A DNA stretch of 61,497 nt, counting the filler. It is 3 parts of 3 records of this genome, joined end to end, with 100 filler letters (N's around TTAATTAATTAA, not from the genome) between each part and the next. Parts side by side here need not be neighbours in the genome. Positions count along the whole stretch, not along the records: positions 29,957 to 54,208 come from SRR22947725_395; 2 more parts are not named here. The stretch is one strand, 5' to 3'. Position numbers and translations under genes: made by a program. Below, piece after piece: positions 41,767 through 51,190 of this stretch. Position 1 is the stretch's first letter, and each line of letters starts with the position of its first letter. Below the pieces are notes generated by a model. It was not told the origin of the DNA and did no database searches. It saw nothing but the letters and a program-made list of their open reading frames with translations.

Positions 41767-42645
41767 ATGAATATTCAAGAAAAGATAGATAATTTATTTT
41801 CAAAAATATTTTCTGAAAAAATAATTAAAAAATTTGAAAAATATATTCTTTATCTAGCATCTTTAGGCTTTGTAATTCACTTAAGTATAATTCTATTAAA
41901 TAACTATAATCTAATAGAACTGTCTGTTGTTGGAACCAATTTGTTTTCAAATCCAATTTCAGCATTGTACACTCCGTTTTCTTTTATATTAGTTTACGAA
42001 GCTTTTTTACTTATTTATTATATACCAAGGTCTTTTACAACTGCGGTTGGAAAACAATATCAAATAATGTCTTTAATAGTAATTCGAAAAATATTTAAAG
42101 ATATTCCTCTTGTTGACTTAAATGCAAATTGGATAGAAAATTTAAATAATCAACAGCTAGTTTTTGATCTTGTTGGAGTATTGATAATTTTCTTTTTGAT
42201 TTATTTATTTAAAATAACTAAAGAAAGACTCCCCATTAAACGTGTATCCGATAAACTAGATCGTTTCATTGCATCAAAAAAATTGGTCAGCATTGTGCTT
42301 TTACCGACTCTATTTGCAATATGTATTATGAGTTTTGTTAATTGGTTTAGTGGAGTATTTATAGAGGAAACATTTGACGAAAATTTAAACAATCTTTTCT
42401 TTAATGAATTTTTCACAATATTAATTTTAGCTGATGTATTTATACTTTTACTTTCATTTCAATACACTGAAAGGTACAGTCAATTAATCAGAAATACTGG
42501 ATTTATTATCTCAACAATTTTACTTAGACTTTCATTTTCAGTTTCTGGTTTAACCAGTATTCTTTTAATAATTTCAGGTATTATCTTTGGTCTACTTATT
42601 CTATTGATTTACAATGCTATTGAAAAAGACAATAAACTTGCATAA
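41767..42645 (+). CDS. Hypothetical membrane protein
   Basis: About 7-8 TM segments; long open frame. Confidence 0.7.
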   Translation: MNIQEKIDNLFSKIFSEKIIKKFEKYILYLASLGFVIHLSIILLNNYNLIELSVVGTNLFSNPISALYTPFSFILVYEAFLLIYYIPRSFTTAVGKQYQIMSLIVIRKIFKDIPLVDLNANWIENLNNQQLVFDLVGVLIIFFLIYLFKITKERLPIKRVSDKLDRFIASKKLVSIVLLPTLFAICIMSFVNWFSGVFIEETFDENLNNLFFNEFFTILILADVFILLLSFQYTERYSQLIRNTGFIISTILLRLSFSVSGLTSILLIISGIIFGLLILLIYNAIEKDNKLA

Positions 42646-42695
42646 TTAAATTATCAGTTTTTTTATACCTTTATTAGAAACCAAACTATTATAAT

Positions 42696-43244
42696 ATGAA
42701 AAAATTACTATTACTATTAATCGCAATAACAACTGTTAGTTGTAACAACACTCCTGAACCAGCTAAAGTTGTTGAAAGCACAGAAGTTGAGGTTAATTTT
42801 GCAACTGATCCAAACGATTTCGAGGAATTGAAAAGCCTTGAGGGTAAATGGGCAGGAACTCTTGAAAGAACAGACGGAAGTTCTGATGAATTTACTTTAG
42901 ACTACACAGTTACCTCTAATGGAAGTGCTATACTTGAAGAAAGTGACACTGGAGGAACTGAAATGTTGTCGATCTTTAATTTTCAAAACGATGAGGTGTT
43001 ATTAACTCACTATTGTGGGCTTCAAAACAAACCAATTTCTAAATTAACTGGAAATAATAATGGCGTTTTAAGTTTTGCAACTGATTCTGAAATGAGTGGA
43101 TTAACCCTTGAAAAGGATACTTATGTAACTTCCTGGGAAATTAATTTGTTGCCAGAAGACGAAAATCAACTTATGTATAAATATACTGTAAGCGGACCTG
43201 ATGGAGATGTCTTTACAGCAACTTCTATACTGTCAAGAATATAA
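42696..43244 (+). CDS. Hypothetical lipoprotein (beta-rich)
   Basis: Lipobox TVS-C; LKSLEGKW.G and LTHYC..N.P motifs. Confidence 0.7.
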   Translation: MKKLLLLLIAITTVSCNNTPEPAKVVESTEVEVNFATDPNDFEELKSLEGKWAGTLERTDGSSDEFTLDYTVTSNGSAILEESDTGGTEMLSIFNFQNDEVLLTHYCGLQNKPISKLTGNNNGVLSFATDSEMSGLTLEKDTYVTSWEINLLPEDENQLMYKYTVSGPDGDVFTATSILSRI

Positions 43245-43263
43245 AAATAATTTAGTTTATTAT

Positions 43264-43294
43264 AAATAAAACCCCTCATTGAGGGGTTTTATTT
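43264..43294. terminator. Bidirectional intrinsic terminator
   Basis: AAATAAAACCCCTCA-T-TGAGGGGTTTTATTT between convergent genes. Confidence 0.8.
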
Positions 43295-43295
43295 T

Positions 43296-43709
43296 TTAAT
43301 GAGGTAATTTATCTCTTACAACTCCATATGTAAAAGTTCCCAATAATGCACTTAAAATAACTGTTACATAAACAGCATACCCATTGCCTAACATTATATA
43401 CATTGGCCCTGGACAAGCGCCAGTTAAAGCCCAACCAAGTCCAAAAACAATACCACCAAATAAATAACGAGATATACTCAATTTTTTATCATTTATACAT
43501 ATAGAACTTCCATATATATTTTTCATGTTTTTTCTTTTAATAATTTGAACTAAAATTAAACCTGTGACAATAGCTGATCCTATAATTCCAAACATATGAA
43601 ATGATTGAAAACGGAACATCTCTTGTATTCTAAACCAAGAAATTATTTCTGATTTAGTCATAATTATTCCAAATAATATTCCTGTAAATAAAAACTTAAT
43701 GTATTTCAT
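43296..43709 (-). CDS. YeeE/YedE sulfur-compound transporter subunit
   Basis: GG..FGLGWALTGACPGP motif. Confidence 0.88.
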   Translation of the reverse strand: MKYIKFLFTGILFGIIMTKSEIISWFRIQEMFRFQSFHMFGIIGSAIVTGLILVQIIKRKNMKNIYGSSICINDKKLSISRYLFGGIVFGLGWALTGACPGPMYIMLGNGYAVYVTVILSALLGTFTYGVVRDKLPH

Positions 43710-43710
43710 A

Positions 43711-44274
43711 TTAAAAAATTAAAGGGAAGAATAAAAATGTCATTATTAGACCTCCAATAAAAAATCCAACTACAGCAATAAGTGATGGAATTTGTAAATT
43801 GGATAAACCACTTATAGCGTGTCCAGAGGTGCAGCCTCCAGCCCATCTGGCTCCAAAGCCTACTAAAAAACCCCCTATGATTATAATAAAAAATCCTTTG
43901 ACAGTTAATAAACTTTCCCAATTAAAAAGTTCATTTGGTATAATTTCGCCATTAAAATTAATTCCTAGTGCAGCCAAATCATTTATTGTATCATTGTTAA
44001 TCAATAAAGGCTCTGGGTTTTGAATGTAGGTAGAGGCCAGAAAGCCTCCAATAATAGATCCAAAAATAAAAATAATATTCCAAGTTTGACTTTTCCAGTC
44101 AAAATCAAAATAATTACTATGTTTTGATGCTCCACTCATTGAACAAATACTTCGTAAAGTTGAGCTTACTCCAAAGTTTTCACCTGTCCAAAGCAGTAAA
44201 AACATTACGATTGCTATCATTGGTCCAGAAACAAACCATGGCCAGGGATTACTTATAAATTCTATTAAAGTCAT
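43711..44274 (-). CDS. YeeE/YedE sulfur-compound transporter subunit
   Basis: GFGARWAGGCTSGHAISG motif. Confidence 0.9.
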   Translation of the reverse strand: MTLIEFISNPWPWFVSGPMIAIVMFLLLWTGENFGVSSTLRSICSMSGASKHSNYFDFDWKSQTWNIIFIFGSIIGGFLASTYIQNPEPLLINNDTINDLAALGINFNGEIIPNELFNWESLLTVKGFFIIIIGGFLVGFGARWAGGCTSGHAISGLSNLQIPSLIAVVGFFIGGLIMTFLFFPLIF

Positions 44275-44291
44275 ACTTAAATTATTTGAAA

Positions 44292-45701
44292 TTAAATTTT
44301 AGAAGGACATATATATTCTGTTGTTAACAACGATGTCTTTTCTAAGGCTTTGAATCCACCTTCTATATCAGTTAAATTATGAAATCCTCTAGATTTCAAG
44401 ATAGATGCTGCAATCATCGATCGATATCCACTTGCGCAGTGAATATAAAACCTATCCACAATTGGATATACATTTAAATATAAATTTATTTCAGAAAGAG
44501 GGGTATTATAAGAACTATTAATATGCTGCGATATAAACTCTGATTTTTTTCTAACATCAAAAATCTTATCTTTTTTTTCATTGAAATTATTTTGAAAATC
44601 ATCTGCAGAAATAGAAGTTACAGAGTCTGTCTCTTTTCCAGAATTTAACCAAGCCTTTAAACCTCCTTTTAGATAACCTTTAGTATTATCAAAACCTAGT
44701 CTTGATAAACGAGTAATAGCTTCTTCTACTCTGTTTTCTGGACAAATTAGAATTATAGGTTGTTCTAAATCAACTATAAGTTCGCCAACCCAGGGTGCAA
44801 AACTTCCATCGAGTCCAATAAAAATACTATTTGGAATATGGGACTTTGCGAACTCATAAGGTTTTCGAACATCTAACATCAAAGCCCCTTTTTCGTTTGC
44901 TGTTTTTTCAAAATCAAAAGGAGAAAGCTCTTGCAAGCCAGAGTTCATGACATCATCTATAGGCTTATAGCCTTCTTTATTTAGTTTTACATTATGGGGG
45001 AAATAATTAGGAGGAGGTAATAATCCGTCGGTTATTTCAAAAATAAACTCTTCTTTTGTCATGTCACTTCTCAAAGCATAATTAACTTTTTTTTGATTCC
45101 CTAAAGTATCTATAGTTTGTTTCATCATATTTTTTCCACAAGCTGAACCAGCACCATGACCAGGATAAATAATTATATCATCAGAAAGAGGCATTATTTT
45201 ATTTCTTAAACTATCGTAAGAATAGCCTGCTAAGTCTTTCATTGTTATATCATCAGATTTTTGAGATAAATCAGGCCTGCCTACGTCACCTAAAAAAAGT
45301 GTATCTCCAGTAAAAATAGAATGGTTTTTTCCATTTTCATCTGACAATAGATATGTTGTGCTTTCCATTGTATGACCAGGTGTATGTAATACAGAAATTG
45401 TCACATTTCCTAGCTTAAAAACATCCCCATCTTTTGCAATATGAGAATCAAAAATTGTATTAGCATTAGGGCCATAAATGATTGGGGCTCCAGTTTTTTC
45501 AAACAGAGTTACATGTCCACTAACAAAATCTGCATGAAAATGGGTTTCAAAAATATATTTAATTTTAACTCCATCTCTTGAAGCCCTATCAATGTATTGG
45601 TTTACCTCTCTCAAAGGATCTATTATAGCAGCCTCACCATTACTTTGAATATAGTATGCTCCTTGAGATAAACATCCAGTATAAATTTGTTCTACCTTCA
45701 T
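44292..45701 (-). CDS. MBL-fold persulfide dioxygenase fused to two rhodanese domains (CstB-like)
   Basis: ETHFHADF, HTPGHT, GDTLF.GDVGRPD, HGAGSACG and C-terminal HCASGYRS. Confidence 0.88.
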   Translation of the reverse strand: MKVEQIYTGCLSQGAYYIQSNGEAAIIDPLREVNQYIDRASRDGVKIKYIFETHFHADFVSGHVTLFEKTGAPIIYGPNANTIFDSHIAKDGDVFKLGNVTISVLHTPGHTMESTTYLLSDENGKNHSIFTGDTLFLGDVGRPDLSQKSDDITMKDLAGYSYDSLRNKIMPLSDDIIIYPGHGAGSACGKNMMKQTIDTLGNQKKVNYALRSDMTKEEFIFEITDGLLPPPNYFPHNVKLNKEGYKPIDDVMNSGLQELSPFDFEKTANEKGALMLDVRKPYEFAKSHIPNSIFIGLDGSFAPWVGELIVDLEQPIILICPENRVEEAITRLSRLGFDNTKGYLKGGLKAWLNSGKETDSVTSISADDFQNNFNEKKDKIFDVRKKSEFISQHINSSYNTPLSEINLYLNVYPIVDRFYIHCASGYRSMIAASILKSRGFHNLTDIEGGFKALEKTSLLTTEYICPSKI

Positions 45702-45708
45702 TATTTTA

Positions 45709-46503
45709 TTATTTTGTTAAAAACTCTATTATAAACATGAATATTGACATTGCTAAAATGAAATACCCAAACCCTTTTTTAAGTTTATTTCCATCAATAA
45801 AATTTCCAATATAAACTCCTAAAAAAATTCCTATAATTGTTATGCTTGTGAATACAATTAAAAAATTCCAATCAATTGACATTATTAAAGCATCTCCTAA
45901 AAAAAATCCCAAAATCGATTTTAAAGCAATAATTACTAGCGAAGTTCCAATAGCTTTTTTTATATCCAAATTAGTTAATACAACTAGTGCGGGAATAATA
46001 AGAAATCCTCCACCTGCTCCGACTAGTCCTGTTACTGTACCAACTATAAGCCCTTCAATTAATATTAATGGATAATTATAACTAATATCACCTGAACCAC
46101 CTTTTCTCGTGTTTTCCTTCAACATAGATAATGCTGCTGCTACCATCAAAACTATAAATACTCCAAACATTCCCATTCTTCTGGAAATTGCAAAATCTCC
46201 AACATCAAAAAGAACATCTGGAAGTTCAGGTATCACATAATGTCTAACAATCCAAACACCAATTAACGCAGGGATTCCAAAAACAACAGCAGTTATCCAA
46301 TCAACGTTATTGTTTATGTTTTGTTTTATTCCGCCAACTAAAGCTGCAAAACCAACAATAAATAATGAATATGCTGTAGCTACTTTTTCATCAAGTAAAA
46401 ACAAATAAGCTAAAACAGGAACAGCTAAAATAGATCCACCTCCTCCAAATAAACCTAAAGAAATTCCAATAAATAATGCCATTATATAACCAAGTAATTC
46501 CAT
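45709..46503 (-). CDS. TauE/SafE sulfite exporter
   Basis: GLFGGGGSIL.VP and GLVGAGGGFLIIP repeats. Confidence 0.9.
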   Translation of the reverse strand: MELLGYIMALFIGISLGLFGGGGSILAVPVLAYLFLLDEKVATAYSLFIVGFAALVGGIKQNINNNVDWITAVVFGIPALIGVWIVRHYVIPELPDVLFDVGDFAISRRMGMFGVFIVLMVAAALSMLKENTRKGGSGDISYNYPLILIEGLIVGTVTGLVGAGGGFLIIPALVVLTNLDIKKAIGTSLVIIALKSILGFFLGDALIMSIDWNFLIVFTSITIIGIFLGVYIGNFIDGNKLKKGFGYFILAMSIFMFIIEFLTK

Positions 46504-46521
46504 GCTAAATCATTAAAATTT

Positions 46522-46833
46522 TTAAATTAAATCACAGCTTTCCATACAATCAAATATGCTTAACAACTTGCGATCAGCAATACTATAAAAAACTTGTTTT
46601 CCTTTTTTTTCTGAAACAAGCACACCATTATCTTTCATTTTTGACAAATGATGAGACATCATAGATATTTCACAACCAATGCCAATTTTAGCACAAATTG
46701 AACCAACATCTAAAGGTTCGTTTGATTCTAAAATTTCTAATATCTCTAACTTTACAGGATGAGAAATTGTTTTAAGAATTTTTGCAACCTGTTGAAGCTT
46801 TGATATTGAAAATTGTCTTTTTGTTGATTTCAT
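46522..46833 (-). CDS. ArsR/SmtB family repressor
   Basis: LK.ISHP..L.IL, SHHL..MK and G..VFYS motifs; C-terminal CxxxC. Confidence 0.88.
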   Translation of the reverse strand: MKSTKRQFSISKLQQVAKILKTISHPVKLEILEILESNEPLDVGSICAKIGIGCEISMMSHHLSKMKDNGVLVSEKKGKQVFYSIADRKLLSIFDCMESCDLI

Positions 46834-46838
46834 TAAAC

Positions 46839-46874
46839 AAATATATGAATATTTTAATATATATTCATATATTT
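46839..46874. promoter_or_regulatory. Probable ArsR operator overlapping the -7 promoter box
   Basis: Perfect 14-bp inverted repeat AAATATATGAATAT-N8-ATATTCATATATTT; minus-strand TATATTTG at 46838-46845. Confidence 0.6.
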
Positions 46875-46881
46875 TAGTATA

Positions 46882-46914
46882 AATAAAGCTATACCTCTAT
46901 AGTATAGCTTTATT
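46882..46914 (-). terminator. Intrinsic terminator downstream of the SnoaL-like gene
   Basis: AATAAAGCTATAC-CTCTATA-GTATAGCTTTATT. Confidence 0.65.
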
Positions 46915-46924
46915 AAATTATTTA

Positions 46925-47428
46925 CTATAATAATCCTAACTGAGATAAAAATGAATGATTATCGAAAAAATCTTGTTCTTGTAATATTTTTCCATCCTTC
47001 ATTTTAACAATAGTGGTCCCGCTAATATCTAATTTGTTTCCAGTAGCAGGAATTCCAAACATTTCTCCGTCATGAGTGCCTTTAAAGTTCCAGTGTTTTA
47101 CTATGTTGTCTCCCTGTCCAAAAATATTTACAAAAGTAAATTCAGCATCAGAGAAGCCAGTCAAATAATTATTGTAATACCCCTTAAATGCATCTATTCC
47201 AGTAAGATTTCCTGTTGCAGTGACTACGGACACATTCTCGTCAAAACTATCAGAATTAATAAGATTTATATCTCTTTCTAAAAAAACCTTATCCCATACG
47301 GTTTTATAAGTTTTGATATCGTTTTGAATTTGGGCATTTGCTGTTTCTAAAGTTTGACACTCCTCACTTGCTTGTTGATTACAGCTGACAATTAAAAGGA
47401 TTGAAACTATAAATAATAATTTTTTCAT
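46925..47428 (-). CDS. SnoaL-like ester cyclase lipoprotein
   Basis: Lipobox IVS-C; GTH.GEMFGIPATG motif; TATATTTG box at 47454-47461. Confidence 0.85.
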   Translation of the reverse strand: MKKLLFIVSILLIVSCNQQASEECQTLETANAQIQNDIKTYKTVWDKVFLERDINLINSDSFDENVSVVTATGNLTGIDAFKGYYNNYLTGFSDAEFTFVNIFGQGDNIVKHWNFKGTHDGEMFGIPATGNKLDISGTTIVKMKDGKILQEQDFFDNHSFLSQLGLL

Positions 47429-47499
47429 TGATTTAAATTTTTTGGTTATTTAACAAATATAGAACGAATTGATTTAAAAAATTATATTTCAATTATTCA

Positions 47500-48213
47500 T
47501 TACCCAATAATCATAACTATTGCCATAACAATCATAATTGAATTTTCAATAAGGGTAGCCTCTGTCATTGGTAATTTCAATACAGTACCTAGACAAGCGC
47601 ATTGAATAGATTGTTTTTGTAATAATACTTTAGAAACCCCAATTGTAGTGATAACTAATAGAACTAAAGTCATTATTAAAGCAATATTAATTTCATATCT
47701 CATTAAAAACATTAAGCCTAATAATGTTTCGATAAAAGGATAAATCCGTCCATAAAAAGAAACACGTTTTGCTAATGGATCATACATTTTAAAAGATTGT
47801 AAGAATCCGTTTAAATCAAGCATTTTAAAAAAACTGAAAACTATAAAGAATAAACCCATAAAATCAAGCATAAACTCATTAAGATTCCAATTTTTAAAAT
47901 TTAGAAGCACACTTGCCGATGTTATATAAAATATAATAAGTAGTAATGGTTTAAACTGTTGGATTTTACTTTTACCTTCGAATTCTTTATCTATGGATTT
48001 TTCATTAAAATCCTTTTCTAATATTGTATACTTTTTAGGTATTAATTTTTGAACAGTTGAAAGCGCCAAACCTTCATTAGAAATTATAAATAACTCTTGT
48101 TTTTTAAAGTCAACTTTTAATTTGGTTATAGCTTCAAAGCTTTGTAGAGCATTTTCAATAGATGCTTTACATTTCAAACACGTCATCCCAGAAATCAAGA
48201 ATTTTTGATTCAT
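47500..48213 (-). CDS. HMA domain + MauE/DoxX-type membrane protein
   Basis: GMTCLKC, FSFFK..D..GF...F.MYD, YPFIE and CACLG motifs. Confidence 0.85.
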   Translation of the reverse strand: MNQKFLISGMTCLKCKASIENALQSFEAITKLKVDFKKQELFIISNEGLALSTVQKLIPKKYTILEKDFNEKSIDKEFEGKSKIQQFKPLLLIIFYITSASVLLNFKNWNLNEFMLDFMGLFFIVFSFFKMLDLNGFLQSFKMYDPLAKRVSFYGRIYPFIETLLGLMFLMRYEINIALIMTLVLLVITTIGVSKVLLQKQSIQCACLGTVLKLPMTEATLIENSIMIVMAIVMIIG

Positions 48214-48315
48214 AAGTTAAAGTTACATTAATAATTTTTGAGAAAATTTATAAAAATCAATTTATAATTTATTGTGATGAATTAAAAAAAAACAATTATT
48301 TTCGCGTTTTTAGGA

Positions 48316-48720
48316 ATGAATATAAAAACTATTACTTCTGACCACTTGGGTGTTTTTACAAGCGTTACTTGTATGCTACATTGTTTTGCAACTCCTTTAT
48401 TATTTATCACTCAGGCACAAAATTCTACATTAATCCACGAAGTTCCGTTTTTTTGGCAATCAATGAATTATTTGTTTATCGTAATCTCTTTGGCAGCAAT
48501 AACACGTTCAGTACAAAACTCAACTAATACATACGTTAAAATTCTTTTAATTAGCGCTTGGAGTTTACTTAGTTTTTTTATTATTAATGAAAGTTTTGAA
48601 ATCTATCACATTCCTGAATTTTTCACTTACTTAGCTGCTATCACTCTATCTGCTTTACACATTTACAATCTAAAGTACTGTACATGTAAAGATGAAGAAT
48701 GTTGTGTCCACAAAAAATAA
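48316..48720 (+). CDS. MerC-domain membrane protein
   Basis: D.LG..S..CMLHC..TP motif; Cys/His-rich C-terminus. Confidence 0.8.
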   Translation: MNIKTITSDHLGVFTSVTCMLHCFATPLLFITQAQNSTLIHEVPFFWQSMNYLFIVISLAAITRSVQNSTNTYVKILLISAWSLLSFFIINESFEIYHIPEFFTYLAAITLSALHIYNLKYCTCKDEECCVHKK

Positions 48721-48783
48721 GTTGAAATTTATTTCATATTCTTTTCGATAAATTCTCTTACTCATTATTTTAATTTATTACTA

Positions 48784-48799
48784 CGGCACAAAAGTTGTA
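48784..48799 (+). promoter_or_regulatory. Sigma54-like -24/-12 promoter
   Basis: CGGCAC-AAAAG-TTGTA about 24 nt upstream of ATG 48823. Confidence 0.45.
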
Positions 48800-48822
48800 T
48801 TATCTATATTAAAAATTTAGTT

Positions 48823-49023
48823 ATGAGAAAATTTATGGAATTCTGGGGAGTATATTACCCAATAATATTAGCATTCTTTTCGTTTGTTTATTCTGTAACA
48901 CTTTGGTTTTCAGGGGATAAACTTGAAGGAATATTTGTAGGAATATGGGTTCCTTCAATATTATCAGCCTCAGTCGCTTTAAGACAAAGAAGAAGCGACA
49001 ACCGTAATCTAAAAAGAAAATAA
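48823..49023 (+). CDS. Small membrane protein
   Basis: Two TM segments; S..LWF.G....GIFVG.WVPSIL. Confidence 0.7.
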   Translation: MRKFMEFWGVYYPIILAFFSFVYSVTLWFSGDKLEGIFVGIWVPSILSASVALRQRRSDNRNLKRK

Positions 49024-49181
49024 TGGAAAATATTGGAATGTTTATTATGGGGAGTATTGTTTGTGCTCTTTATCTTACAGGCTATCTATATATGATAAAG
49101 TATGCCAACGATTCCCACGATTCGGACTTAAAAAAAGATATTGAAAAGGCCAATAAAAACCGATCAAAAAATGGTAAATAG
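49023..49181 (+). CDS. 52-aa single-TM protein MENIGMFIMGSIVCALYLTGYLYMIKYANDSH...
   Basis: Translated by hand; TAATG coupling to the previous gene; TM helix followed by a charged tail. Confidence 0.6.
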   Translation: MENIGMFIMGSIVCALYLTGYLYMIKYANDSHDSDLKKDIEKANKNRSKNGK

Positions 49182-49314
49182 AACAATGTTTGATTTAACG
49201 TAAAAAAAAACATTATTCAATTTTAGATCTATAACAAAAATTATTTTCCTTAATTAATAGTAATAGTGATCTAAATTTTATTAATTTATAGAGTACAATA
49301 AATTATTACACAAT

Positions 49315-50382
49315 TTGAATCTTTTAATTCTTTATGCTATTTCAACAATAGCGCTTTCTTTCTTTTGTTCAATTTTAGAAGCTGTTTTATTAAGCGTAAG
49401 CCCAACTTTTCTTAAAATCAAGATAAGTGAAGGTAAAAAGTATGCTTTTAACCTTCAAAAAATGAAAGAAAACATTGATGAGCCTCTAATAATAATTCTG
49501 ACTTTAAACACTATTTCACACACTGTAGGAGCTATTCTTGTAGGAGTTCAAGCCAAGGAATTATACTCATCAATTAATAACAATTCTTACGATGTTTTTG
49601 GAATTCTCCTGACAGAAGATTTAGTTGTGGGAATTGTTTCTGGAATTATGACCATCTTAATTTTACTAGTTTCTGAAATAATTCCCAAAACATTAGGAGC
49701 AACGTATTGGCATAAACTTGTAAAAACTACTTCAATTTTTTTAAAAAATATTATCCCAGTATTTAAATATTCAGGAATATTATTTTTGCTTCAGTTTTTT
49801 ACAAAACTGATTAATAAATCAAAAAATACCAATTTATTTTCCAGAGAAGATTTTTCAACTATGGCTGAAATTGCTGAAGAAGAAGGTGTTATTGAGGAGA
49901 GTGAATCTGATATTATTAAAAATATGATAAAATTCAAAGATGTTAGAATTAGAAACATTATGACACCTTTTTCAGTTATGAAAATTGCATCTGAAAATAT
50001 TTCCATCGAAGAATTTTACAATAATAATCCTAATTTATCTTTTTCAAGAATTCCAGTTTATACAGGAAAAATGGATAACATTACAGGCTATGTTTTAAAG
50101 GATAATATTTTAGAATATATCGTAAAGAAAAAAGGAGATTTAAAACTTTCTGAAATAAAAAGAAAATCTGTAACCTCGGATTACGAATCCCCAATACCTA
50201 AAACTTTTGACAAATTAATTAAAGAAAGAGAACATATTTCTATAGTTTTAGATGAATATGGCACTGTAAGAGGATTAGTAACTATGGAAGACATAATTGA
50301 AACTCTTCTAGGTCGTGAAATTATGGATGAAACTGATCTTGTAGCAGATATGCAAGTATTGGCTAAGAATCAAAAGCTTTAG
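49315..50382 (+). CDS. CNNM/CorC-HlyC (DUF21 + CBS) transporter-associated protein
   Basis: SFFCSILEA, ILTLNT, SEIIPK, FSRIPVY and DEYG..GLVTMEDIIE motifs. Confidence 0.9.
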   Translation: MNLLILYAISTIALSFFCSILEAVLLSVSPTFLKIKISEGKKYAFNLQKMKENIDEPLIIILTLNTISHTVGAILVGVQAKELYSSINNNSYDVFGILLTEDLVVGIVSGIMTILILLVSEIIPKTLGATYWHKLVKTTSIFLKNIIPVFKYSGILFLLQFFTKLINKSKNTNLFSREDFSTMAEIAEEEGVIEESESDIIKNMIKFKDVRIRNIMTPFSVMKIASENISIEEFYNNNPNLSFSRIPVYTGKMDNITGYVLKDNILEYIVKKKGDLKLSEIKRKSVTSDYESPIPKTFDKLIKEREHISIVLDEYGTVRGLVTMEDIIETLLGREIMDETDLVADMQVLAKNQKL

Positions 50383-50436
50383 AGTCTAATGAATTAAATA
50401 AAGACAATATCACTTTATTGTATATTTTTTTGAAAT

Positions 50437-51159
50437 TTAACTGAGTTCTTCCTCTGAATAAATCTTAAGTAATTTATAAGATTGATCAAGTTTTTCTAAC
50501 ATATTTAAATACCTTTCAACTAAACTTTTCATTTGATTTAAATCGCCCAAAAATTCATTTGAATAATAATAATTTCTGTCTATTATGAAAGAAGTTGGAA
50601 CAAGGTCAGAATAAACGTATCCTTCCTGACTTTTTTCTTCTTAGGAAAAAAGAATTATTCTTTTATTAATTCGGGCAAGAGCTCTAAAAAAATAGTCATC
50701 AATTATTCTACTTACCGCCAAATTTCTTTGATTCAAATTGTTATATGTGTTTGAAAGTGCGTATCTAAAATTATCTGATTTAATTAGTCTTGTTGATCCA
50801 GTACTTTTTAATTCATCGTATAAACTGCTTTGAGAAAAAAACGAAACAGAGCCTCTTTCTGTTAATAATAACAGTTTTTCAGCAATTTGCTTATCACTTA
50901 AATCATTAGATTTATTTATAATATCAAAAATTAAGTCATCAGCCGCATTTCTACATCTTATTTGTAAATCTTTAATATTACTGATTTGAGTTCTTTCACT
51001 TTCAATTATCGACTGCAAATCTTTAACTATTTCATTTTTATAATTTGCATTTTGATTTTCAACTCTAATTGAATCAATATAAAAAGACATTAAAACACTT
51101 AATAAAACCACTAATGATTGAAGAATGTATTTTATGTTATCTTTAAAAAACTTATTCAT
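50437..51159 (-). pseudogene. About 240-codon hypothetical gene interrupted by an in-frame TAA at 50641-50643
   Basis: After the stop the same frame stays open for 67 codons (EEKSQEGYVYSDLVP...YSEEELS) to TAA at 50437-50439. Confidence 0.65.
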
Positions 51160-51190
51160 TACTTCAATATAAAATTTTAATTTTAAAAAT

